A DNA stretch of 64,000 nt from Euglena gracilis. Lineage: Eukaryota. Positions 33,861-44,282 of this stretch are shown here, in pieces. The notes beneath the pieces are model-generated. The model was not told the origin of the DNA and searched no databases. It saw only the letters and a list, made by a program, of their open reading frames with translations. Both the position numbers and the translations under genes were made by a program. The stretch spans positions 15,766,140 through 15,830,139 of the forward strand of contig CP154954.1 in the NCBI GenBank assembly GCA_039621445.1, in the 5' to 3' direction. How positions within the stretch are numbered: position 1 is the first letter of the stretch; each line of letters opens with the position of its first letter.

Positions 33861-36800
33861 TTTGTCCTCGGCCATTGGGACCGTTTCCTCCTCCTCCTCC
33901 GCTTCCGGAGGGGAGTCCTCTGTGTGCAGTTGTGCTGCAGTACGCGGGTCTTTTCCGCTCCTGTAGCACCTTTGTGCGTCTTACAGGCGGTAAAAGCTTA
34001 TACTTTCACTCCTGTCAGAGTTGGGGTATGGGGGCGGCCACGACGCTCTCTCCCAGCTTCCGGGTGGAGGTTGCGGCTCGTCGTCGTCGATCAGGCAGAG
34101 GTCTTCCCACTGCTGTCGACAATTCTCGTGCATGCCGTATTCTCCTGTGTCTTCAAGGAAAGCGGGCAGCGGCAACGCATAACGAGGTTCTTTCCCCTCG
34201 TGTGCCGCGAAAAACATTTGGAAATCGTCCCAGACCAGGATCTTCCCGAACTGGGTGTCCAGGTGCTCCTGGAAGCCGATTTCGGCCTCTTGCCAGTCCG
34301 GTTGTAGGTTCGTCCTGCGTTGGTCTGGATCATTGGGTCTGGCGTATACCTCGGTGTATCCCCGAGGTAACCACCTTCTGTGGATATCCACATCAGCGGT
34401 CATGTATTCCAGGAAATATATGTAGACCTCCAGGACGTAGGTAATCCACGCTGTGCCAATACTGTTGCAGCAGAAATATTTTCTGCCGGTGCTGTTTCAG
34501 CACCTTTCGGTCTTGCGTCCCGATCTGGGGATTCCGGCACTGATGCATGAGGAATCTCCTGGTCGGCTGGCTACCGGCATTCTCGGCAGTCGGAGCCGGT
34601 TTTCCGCTTTCTCCGAAACCACAGAAGTCAACAATGTGAACCTCCTTGCAAAACTGGCATTCCAGTTTGTACCGCTGGGGGTACGCGAGGTCGACGTCCA
34701 GTACCTTGAACAGCGTGCCATACATGCTGTCCAAGTATACTTGGAGATTGCACGTGAACATTACCGCAGCCTGCGCCTGGAGTTTCTCCGGCAGGGGGTA
34801 GTACTTCCACTGGATTACCAGTGATCCCACGGAATACATGTGCGTGAAGATTTCCTTCAACTGTGCGACGAACGTTTCGTCGTCTTCACAAGTATTCATA
34901 CAATCGATACACGTCAGACTGTTTCGGTCGGTAAAAATGCCGAAATTCTGGCAGGGGTATCCCAACCAGAACCACAGCTCCCAGAAACCAGGCATCCGGT
35001 CCAGGAAAACTTCATTCGAATGAGGGTATCCCTCAAAAGCATGAAGCTCGGAACTGTAGAAAAAACGTTTGCAGTGATCGTTCATACGATTCTGCACCAC
35101 TTCGAGCACCGCATCCGGTGGTCGGTGGATCACGTTGCCTGCTTTCGTGAACTTTTGGAGATCTTCGTCGATTTTCGGCCAGATCTCCTCAAGGTATTTG
35201 AACACCGAGGCAACGTCATAATCCTTCTTTTTCGAAGGGTCGGCGGCTTTTCCGCCTTTCCTGCTGGGGGTCCGGCAGATTTTCCGCCTTTGCCTGGTGC
35301 TGGCCAAGCGGCTTTTCCGCCTTTGCCAGGTGGGGCCTTTTCCACCTTTCTCCTGGCCCTTTCCTTTCCCCTTACCCCTGCCTTTACCTTTACCCTTACC
35401 CTTTGTGTTAGACAGCCATTCAAATGTCGCCCAGTAATCCCAGTATTTTGGGTCTTCTGGTGTATACACAGGGTAAGTCACGGATTCCGTGCTGGGCGTT
35501 CGAGCAAATTCCTGCTCAGCGTCACGATTCGAGTAAACCGGTGCGACCGGCGGTGGTCGGGTTTCCCGACGTGCCCGTTCTGCCGTCACATCTGGCGCTG
35601 GCGAAGCTTCCTCGTCAGCGTCGACGTGCATCGCCGCGGGCGCATTTTCCGACCTAGGCGAGCGGCGCTGTGGCTGCGGCGTCAATATTTCCGGGCCACG
35701 GTCACGCTTGCCGGCGGCAGAGCTTGTTGGTCGTGCCGATGGCGCTTCCGCCACAACAACATCCCGCTGTCGCGCTGGTTGACTGGATCGTGATGGAGCT
35801 GGGACTCCTGTGAGAGCCGTCACAGCAGCATCATACTGCTGGCGCTCTTCCATCGTCATTTCCGCCCGAGCAGGGTATCCATGGCCAGCGGAAACAGGGG
35901 GGCGACGTGCGATCTGCCTTTGGATCGTCACAGCATATTCATGCTGTTGACGCTCCACCCCGGAATCGAACGGCCGGCCAGTCCACGGGTTGACGGGTTC
36001 ATCCCGTACCTGTGGAATCGGTGCCGCACGAGGCGCTGTTGCAGCTTCCCGCGGGCGAGCGCTCCGGGCACTGTCAGACGTCGCGGGAGGGTGTCCTTCC
36101 GCGTGGCGTCTTGGCATAGGGTCAGGTATGGCAGGGTGGGGTTGAGGTGGATACACGTACTGATCTCGTGGCACTGGTGCCTCCTGGGGGTAATCCCCAG
36201 AGACGGTGTACTGAGACACGTGCTCCTGCGCGGGCTGATCCCGCCGAACCATGCGCTCAGGGGACCGAAAAATACTTTCTTTCACACGTGGGTGTTCACT
36301 CCGGACAGGTGCTTCCCCTGTCTCTTCCTCGGGGAATCTGGGGGAGTGAGCACGAAAATGTGCGGTGTAAGTGCCAACTGGTGGTACCTGCCGTGCTACC
36401 TGTGGCGGGACTTCCACGCCCAGGTCACGCATGGTAATGTCCGCTGCGAATCCCGACGTGTCCGGGTCGGTTTAAATTGATTTATATTGCGGAAGTGCGG
36501 CAGTGTGACCATAAACAAAATATTTTAATTTGGCTTTCCGCAATTTCCTTTGGTCCGTCTTGGACATTTTGGCCAAAGGACTCCGCCAAAAAGGGGTGGC
36601 CGCAGCACTACCCTGTGAAATTTTTCTGCCGGTCGAGACACAGGCAGAACTTCCAGAACTGAAATCATTAGAACACCACACACTGCAATTACGATATACT
36701 TCCCAAACCATTCCCAAACCTGAAAAATCGCCCCTGTCATCAGCCGATGACTGGACTGAATCGGCCCCTCCGCCGGCCGAAGCACAGGCGTGGGCCTTGC

Positions 36801-37230
36801 CATGTGAACAGGATGTTGTCCTCCCAGCGCCATGTACTTCTGCAGCTGGGCCACCGGCCGAAGCACAGGTGACCCCAGTACCCAGTACATCCATCATGTT
36901 CGAATCCACCCCGTCAGCACCAGGTCCAAGATGTCCAATGACGGGGTGGCCAACCCCGGATTCAACTGCATCACTGGCCGTGGACCCAGAGGCACTGGGG
37001 ACTGCAGCTACCCCAGCTGCCATTGCCCCACCGACCACAGCACAGGTGGGGGTGGGTTCCAATGACATCTCATCTTCGACGTCACTTCCCAAAATGTAAT
37101 GTAAAACTGAAAATTCATCTTGTACTTCTTCCAATGACACACACACCTCTGTCTGAGCATGTGCCGGCGATAATGTCTTATCTTCTTCTTGGTCTTTCCT
37201 TTCTTGACCTTCCATCTGGACTTCAGGCAT
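33861..37230 (-). CDS. Large unknown ORF downstream of the chromovirus 5' LTR/PBS (interrupted by a stop and frameshifts)
   Basis: ATG at 37230. ORFs ending 36472 and 36432-34393 are in the same frame, separated by one TAA. Continues by frameshift in 34403-33981. Confidence 0.6.
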
Positions 37231-37250
37231 GTTACCAATGACACAACAAA

Positions 37251-37261
37251 TGAGTTGATTG
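37251..37261 (-). promoter_or_regulatory. Putative self-priming primer binding site (Tf1/sushi type)
   Basis: CAATCAACTCA at the LTR edge is the exact complement of TGAGTTGATTG inside the LTR (37454-37464). Confidence 0.7.
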
Positions 37262-37587
37262 TGAGAGGGGAACACCGGGGCCGCCAACCCTGATTCTCTG
37301 CGACCCCGGCGCCCCTGGGTGGTTCTTGAACTTTTCTTTATCCAGTTCATCAATTTTCCTGATATTCCTCCTGGCGCTGCCATATCCCCACTTCTTGAGT
37401 GTCTACTTCCAAATTCAAACCAAGCAATGAAGATAAGACATCCAAGCCTTGGGCAATCAACTCAAGACAGTTGTGAGCTACAGAAGAGAGGGTAAGGTCA
37501 GATAAAAATACAGCTGAAAACTGGGCTTCCCAATTCTTAATAGGATTCACCCTCATAAAAATTTTGCTTCAGCAGCGCCCACTCACA
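37260..37587 (-). mobile_element. LTR (5' LTR), 328 bp
   Basis: TGTGAG...CTCACA termini. Inverted near-identical copy of 40354-40681, about 7 substitutions by eye. Confidence 0.9.
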
Positions 37588-37588
37588 C

Positions 37589-38351
37589 GTGAAATCCGTC
37601 GTGAATATTCTTCGCCTTTCGCTGGCTGTTTCGCGCAGCAACTGGAAATCAGTGCTACCATGGTCTTTTTTTTATATCAATACCCTACCAGGGTTGGTTT
37701 TGCCTCACTCCCCCTAAAAATTAGTTTTCGGACGGGACCCTCCGGCCATAGGGGATGTCCCTTCGGAGAGACCCGCCCGAACGAGTGTCAGTTGCGAGAC
37801 CTGGTTTGCGGAAGTAGAAAATCTACGTTCTGCAATCCAGAAGCCAGTCACTGAAATTCATGCAACTAAACGGAAATCGTTTTTTGCAGAATTTCATGTC
37901 ACCTGTGTATAGTCCCGGTGACCGCGTGTGGGTGCGGAATAGCCGTACTCGCATGCAGTCTTCCAAGCTGGACCCCCTCTGGCTCGGCCCCTGTGAAATC
38001 CTAGAAAGACTAGGTACCAGCGGGCGTTACAAGGTCGCATTACCGAATGGTGTTGAGGACGTTCATATGGACGACTTCAAACCATACCTGTCGCCACCGG
38101 ATGTGAAACCCATACCGTGCCTGCACTTCAAGCCCCGTTCCAGATTACCTGAGACGGACGACGTTGTCGTCGATAAAATTATCGAACACAAAATCGACAA
38201 AAGTATGCACCTTTGGAAGGTGCGCTGGAAAGGGTATGGGCCCGAGGAGGACACTTGGGAGCCAGCAACCAGTTTTGTTGGGTATGTCCAGCAAGATTGG
38301 AAGCTGTGGACCAAGAAGCATAACATTGATGTTTCCATGACAAGTTTTTGA
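37589..38351 (+). pseudogene. Ty3/Gypsy integrase C-terminal half with GPY/F region and chromodomain
   Basis: VKSVVNILR..NWKSVLP..SP*KLVFGRDP; GDRVWV..KLDPLWLGPCEI; WKVRWKGYGPEEDTWEP. Confidence 0.9.
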
Positions 38352-38512
38352 GAACGCATGTGAAACCCATGTTGTTTTCTCGTCTTTTTATCATTGATTC
38401 TTATCATTCTTTCTTTCCGCAGACTTTTTGGCAAACAATACTCAAGCGGTTACCCTTACCAACTTACAACCAACAACCCAACCATCCCACCGTACCGACC
38501 CCGGGCGGTATC

Positions 38513-39103
38513 ATGCTGCCCGGCGGAAGGGAGCCAGGCGGAGGACCGCCTTACCACCCCACCACTCACCCTCAACCTGACCAATATGCGTATCGATACG
38601 GTACGCAACCACCTGCACGGACTGCGGCTCAGGGAAACCCCGAAGCCAGCAGCAGTAGCAGGATGACCCCGATGTCCGCGGAAGCGCGGCCATCTGAGCC
38701 ATCAGGCTCTCGTCGCCTCCCACCGTATGCGGGTATAATGATCCACCGCACGGCGGAGACGATGAACCGGGTTATGCGTATGAGCGCAAACCAGGCACCA
38801 GACCACCTCCCCCAGGCATTGTGGGATGACCACTGCCGTAAAATTTTGACCATCGCGAACACCCCTCCAGCCCTGTGGTGTATGTGCGCCAAGGCGACGA
38901 TGACCGGTTTGGTGTATAATGTTGTTTGTTGTGTGCAGTTGTTGCTATTGATTCGTTGCCGCACGTTGTGGATTCCTGATTTTGTTTTTTCAAAGGAGTA
39001 TTCCATTCAGGGTGATGTGGTTCCCAGAGAGCTTCGGCCCTGGGGGGGGACGATTACCATCCCCCACACAGGTTTTTTCATTCCCAGTGAGCTCCGGCCC
39101 TAG
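38513..39103 (+). CDS. Possible small extra ORF in the 3' region of the chromovirus
   Basis: Open frame only; no recognisable domain. Confidence 0.3.
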   Translation: MLPGGREPGGGPPYHPTTHPQPDQYAYRYGTQPPARTAAQGNPEASSSSRMTPMSAEARPSEPSGSRRLPPYAGIMIHRTAETMNRVMRMSANQAPDHLPQALWDDHCRKILTIANTPPALWCMCAKATMTGLVYNVVCCVQLLLLIRCRTLWIPDFVFSKEYSIQGDVVPRELRPWGGTITIPHTGFFIPSELRP

Positions 39104-39990
39104 GGTGGGGGGGGGCAGATTGCCAGCCCCCGCGCAGGTTTTTGCATACCCTAGTGGGCTCTGGCCCTGGGGGGGGGGACAATTACCATCCCCCGGAAAG
39201 GTTTTTCACACAACCAGTGGGCTTCGGCCCTGGGGTGGGGGGGAGGATGATTACCATCCCCCGGGCAGGTTTGGCCCCCAGGCAGTCTTTTTCAGTTGCA
39301 GTGGGCTTCGGCCCTGGACAGGGGATCAGGATTTTCTCATGGTTTCGAATTTGCTGTTTCACAGCAATGTGTTTTGGCGTTCCTGGTTAAACAGACTTGG
39401 TGGAACGCCACAGGCACCACGGTTGTCCCGCGAACCTTGGACAGTTTTTCATTCCCTGGTGGGCACTCGCCTCGGACTGGGGAGGGGGAGGAACAGCAGT
39501 TTGCTGAACCCCGTACACATTTCTGACCCAGTGAGCTGCGGGCCCTGGGGGGAGGGGACACAGCGGTTTGCTGACCCCTGGACAGTTTTTTACTTCCTGG
39601 TGGGCTTCGGCCTTGGACTGGGGAGGGGGGGGACAGCGGTTTGCTGAACCCCGGACAGGCAGATTTTATTGTTTTTTGTCGTTCTGGTTTGTTTCCCTGG
39701 GGAGTGTGTTTCGACCCTCCCAGCAGAAAGGGCAGGGCCGGCAGTGCCTTTCGTACCGGAGGGACGGAACACCAGGAATGTACCGCCCTCAGGTTACTGC
39801 TTATTGCTTTGCTGTACAATTACACTTGCAACGCTCTGCCTCAGAATGTTATGGGGTAGACACAGTCGTCTGTTGAAGGAACCATCGACTGAAAGATTGC
39901 ATATTTTTGAATCGGTTCAGATTTTGTTGTGTTTGTTGATCACCCAGGTAAGTGGCCCCCCCAGTGGGCTTCGGCCCTGGGGGGGGGGGC
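39027..39990 (+). repeat. Array of ~9 GGGC-TTCG-GCCC hairpin units in the chromovirus 3' UTR
   Basis: Perfect copies at 39219, 39303 and 39966. Variants at 39029, ~39089, ~39156, ~39461, ~39533 and 39602. Confidence 0.85.
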
Positions 39991-40342
39991 AGAAGAGTCA
40001 GCCCCAGGGTTTTTGACCCCAGAGTGCCACGGGGGGGGGGGCAGATTTTTTTGAAAAAATCGCCCCCACAGATTTTTCGGGCAGCACACCCGTGAGTTTC
40101 GACCCGGGGGGGGTGACGTTTCGAGAGAGGAAAAAAAAACAAAAACGCCGAACAGATTTTTCGCTAAAATTTTCGCCCCCTGAGAGTCACGACCCAGGGA
40201 GCAGGGAGGAATTTACGGTTCGGACCCCCCCCGAAAGGGGAGAAACGCCAATGTAAATATGAGCCCAGGTTTGTTTTTTGACCCTTTTTCAGCATCGCGC
40301 CCTGTCAGCAACGTATGTGTGGCGGCTCCTGGGAGCCGTTTT

Positions 40343-40681
40343 GAGAAGGGGGGTGTGAGGGGGCGCTGCTGAAGCAAAATTTTTATGAGGGTGAATCCTA
40401 TTAAGAATTGGGAATCCCAGTTTTCAGCTGTATTTTTATCTGACCTTACCCTCTGTTCTGTAGCTCACAACTGTCTTGGGTTGATTGCCCAAGGCTTGGA
40501 TGTCTTATCTTCATTGCTTGGTTTGAATTTGGAAGTAGACACTCAAGAAGTGGGGATATGGCAGCGCCAGGAGGAATATCAGGAAAATTGATGAACTGGA
40601 TAAAGAAAAGTTCAAGAAACACCCAGGGGCGCCGGGGTCGCAGGGAATCAGGGTTGGCGGCCCCGGTGTTCCCTTCTCACA
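40343..40681 (+). mobile_element. Polypurine tract (40343-40353) and 3' LTR (40354-40681)
   Basis: GAGAAGGGGGG immediately before TGTGAG...CTCACA. Confidence 0.9.
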
Positions 40682-41238
40682 CGGCTGCCTCGGCTCTACC
40701 ATTGCCTTTGGGTCGGTATATGTTGGAAAAATGTTGCTCAATTCCGAGTAAACCGCACAAAGTGGTGAAAAACCTTGAAGAAATCTCATGGTCTTGATCA
40801 CTCACAATTTCATTCGGTAAACCAATTAAGCAAATGCATTTCTCCAAAAATATAACTGCCAAACTTTGAGCAGTCAACCCTTTCTTCTGGCATGGAATGG
40901 CTACAATGTCAGGAAAATTGATGAACTGGATAAAGAAAAGTTCAAGAAACACCCAGGAGCGCCGGGGTCGCAGGGAATCAGGGTTGGCGGCCCCGGTGTT
41001 CCCTTCTCACACGGCTGCCTCGGCTCTACCATTGCCTTTGGGTCGGTATATGTTGGAAAAATGTTGCTCAATTCCGAGTAAACCGCACAAAGTGGTGAAA
41101 AACCTTGAAGAAATCTCATGGTCTTGATCACTCACAATTTCATTCGGTAAACCCATTAAGCAAATGCATTTCTCCAAAAATATAACTGCCAAACTTTGAG
41201 CAGTCAACCCTTTCTTCTGGCATGGAATGGCTACAATG
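40579..41238. repeat. 330-bp near-perfect tandem duplication spanning the LTR/integrase junction
   Basis: 40579-40908 repeated at 40909-41238. Confidence 0.92.
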
Positions 41239-42010
41239 TACCCACTCAGCCTGCAGACGACAACAAAAACGAAATCGTAAATTTTGTCGTCTGTTCCTTT
41301 GCACGGTTCTAATTCCAGAAAATCCATGCAGAGGGATGTTAAAAATGTCAGGGGGTACGGGGAAAAAGTCCATCGTACCAGGGGGGGTACCTCTGCGGGG
41401 TTTTACCGCTTGACAAATTTGACACCGTTGCGCTATTCGCAAACAGCGTGAGTAAAGCTCTTTCTCGCTCAGGGTTGTGCAATACCTGCGGCCCACTAAC
41501 GAAAGAAGTTTGGGGGCCCAAGGGTGACCGCGGTTGTGATAGCACAAAATCACATCATCAACCAGGTCCTGGGGGATACAATATTTGTAACCCGATTCAT
41601 TGCAAAAAACCAACCGTAAAGGTGAAAGAGTGTAATTGTCCAGCACTTCGCCATTACGAAGTCTGGCGACAATGGTGTCATACACCGGATCACGACTATA
41701 ATCCCATTCGCGAACGAACAGTGGGGAAGGGGACTCCGTGCGCGTAACACGCCGGGGTCCGGATGTGCTTCCACGTCGGCGCCTTCCGCGCACTGGTGCG
41801 ACCAGGAATAGTTGTGAAACAGGAAAAGAATCCAAAAGATTATCCGCAGCGTCATTTCGACGTGCGTAATCGTCAGCTTCCTGACTTCCATGAAAAGTCG
41901 CGTCTCCCTCATCCGGGTTCCCAGGGTAACACCAAGGTGCCCGACTGAGCGGATCCGCTACTTTTTGTGTGTGACCAGGGGTATAAATAACCACAAGGTT
42001 GAATTGACTC
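41012..42010 (-). pseudogene. Ty3/Gypsy RNase H tail and integrase N-terminal half (HHCC + DDE core)
   Basis: YTPG..KVADPLSR; H..GH...CQIC; MDF, VSDQD, GNGRAEAAV. One frameshift. Confidence 0.9.
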
Positions 42011-42045
42011 CGATTCACAGATTCCTCAAGTTGAATGAAACTCGT

Positions 42046-43616
42046 TCAAAATGCTTGCAAGGTTTCCTTGTTGTCACCAAGCATTTTGTTATAAAATGAG
42101 CGAAATTCTGGTGACTCGGATATCCGAGCGCGCGAAACATTGGGAAGTGACCGAATTTCCGCTACTGTGGTGGACAACAAGGTGCAACGGGTTTGTAATT
42201 CCCAAATAGCGGCTTGAATACCACTAATGTCAGGAATTCGCTTGGAAAGTGCGGAAACATGCTCCTGTAAACCGACAACGGTGGCATTAACACCGCCAAT
42301 GTCCGCTTGCGTATGGGGAACAAAATTTTCTTGCACTTTCGCTTGAAATTGCTTCAAATGCTCGATTTCCGAGCAAAGATGCAAAATCCGTTGCTGGGCT
42401 TCTTGGAAAGAAGTGGTGAGTTCGGCAAAATGCTCCACCGCAACAAAGTTACCGATTTCCGGCATTTTGGGGGTGGCATTTTGCGCTTGTAACTGTTGCT
42501 GCAATTGCAGTAGCATGGTTGAACAAGATTCCACCCTGGCAAAAAGATGGCTCATACCATCTTGCACATGCAGAAACTTGGAATCATTCCGCGTTTCTGC
42601 TTCATGCAGTGTTTCACTGATTTGTCGGAAATTCTGTGGAAGTTGGATGCACAAAATACTGTCAACACTTTCCCGAAAATGCTGAAGGTCTTTCCCCGCA
42701 TTTTCAAAATTGTGTTGGCAATATTTGCCGATTTCCTGCAAATAATTCCAGCAATATTCCAGTTTGGTGTTGACAACCCTTTGATTGTCCTCATCAAACT
42801 GCAAAACCTTGTTAAGCATGGTTGCGCATTCCGCAACGCATTGGTGGACATGAAAAAAATGCTTGCTCAACTGGTGATCCGCTGGGAGTTGACCGAGAAT
42901 TCGGTAAACATCACCGGGGGTGAGGTTATCCCTCAAGTCATCCTCATAGTCCTCCACAACGGAAACGGTACCAGAGATTTCCGGTACCACCAGACGCATA
43001 TCTGGGTTCCATGGCAAAGCAGGGAAAACCGCAGCTTCCGCGGGTAATCCCGGCAATGCGCGAAATGGTGTGGGGGGTGGTAATTGAGGGGGAAGATGGA
43101 AAAAACACGGTGTTTCCACCGAGTTGCACTCCAAAAGGCCCACCGATGCTTCCAACGGGGATCTTTTGGGTGTGAACAGAGCAAAGGGCAAATACCCCTC
43201 ACTTTGTTCATGGGTGACATGGCTAACCAAGGGTAAAAGTGCGGTTCATCCCCATTATTCTTGTGATCCAAATGGGCTTGGACAAAGGGTTCATCCCCTC
43301 GCCGCATCAATGATGGGTGAACCGTGATGAAGGTAGGCATTTTGCCACCCACATCCCGCACAATCAATGACAATGATGATGAAGAGGGTTCATTACCCCC
43401 TTGCAACAATGAAGGCGTTTCGCCTTGTGACAATGACAATTGATTCAATGTGTCTTCTTGTTGCTTGGGGAGTCGGGAATTGTAACTTGTTTCCATCGAA
43501 CCGTTCCAATCCCTGCAATCTTCATCAAGATTTGTCAATGAACTCATCAACAAGTCATAGTCAAATTTGTGGTTGGGGGTTGTGCTCTGCATCTTTTGAG
43601 ATAGGTAAAAAGGCAA
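42046..43616 (-). CDS. Gag-like N-terminal coiled-coil ORF (frameshift near 43230)
   Basis: Long heptad-rich ORF directly upstream of, and in frame with, the pol remnant. Identity inferred from position. Confidence 0.55.
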
Positions 43617-44282
43617 AAACCCAAAAATTTACACAAATAAGCAGAGAAACAGGGACCAGAAAGGTTGTATCGGCGAATACCGAACAGAGCCTTCTGAGAC
43701 CTGTATTTTTGCTTAAAGGTTGGCTAGGGGCCAGGAACAGTACTTTCACCGTATTTCACGGCTCAGTACGATCCTCACCACCAGTCAACCACAAAGTTTC
43801 TCTGTGTGGAACGTCTGTGTAGGATCGTTGCCTAAATCTGCTACCAAGTGTACGTCCAAAGCTTTCCCTTTTCCCCTTTTCCCCTTTTCGGGACTTTCTG
43901 AAAAAACCTTTCGCTTTCGCCTTGGTGCGCAGCCTACTTATGGTAGGGAAAAGGCTTTGGAGTAACAAAAAGTGGTTTTCCCCTTTTGTCCCCAATTCCC
44001 CAAGAGGCAAAGCACAAGAAAAAGACTTCAGAAGTTTCTTCTGGAGTCAAGTTCGATTGTTTCGGGGGTTTTTCCCTCAGACAAAACCAATGGTGAAACT
44101 TTGGAAGCTTGACAGTAAAGAATACCACCTGTGGGGGAGGGAGAGAAAACTGCTGACGTGTCCAGGGGCAGATCCCAGAAAGGTCTGCCACGATCTTACC
44201 AACTGTGGTTTCCACAGTGGTGCGACCGTCACAGAACCCACTCTGCAGATATCCTACAGAGCTGGGACGTGCCTGGTACACA

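Noticed and set aside
34840-35793. 317-aa + strand ORF
   Set aside because: Antisense shadow of the 679-aa - strand ORF.
39027-39990. CRISPR-like repeat-spacer array
   Set aside because: Spacers are homologous to each other, and the array lies in a retroelement UTR.
37260-40681. DNA transposon or DIRS with 328-bp terminal inverted repeats
   Set aside because: The repeats have LTR hallmarks (TG...CA, PPT, PBS) and split a Gypsy integrase.
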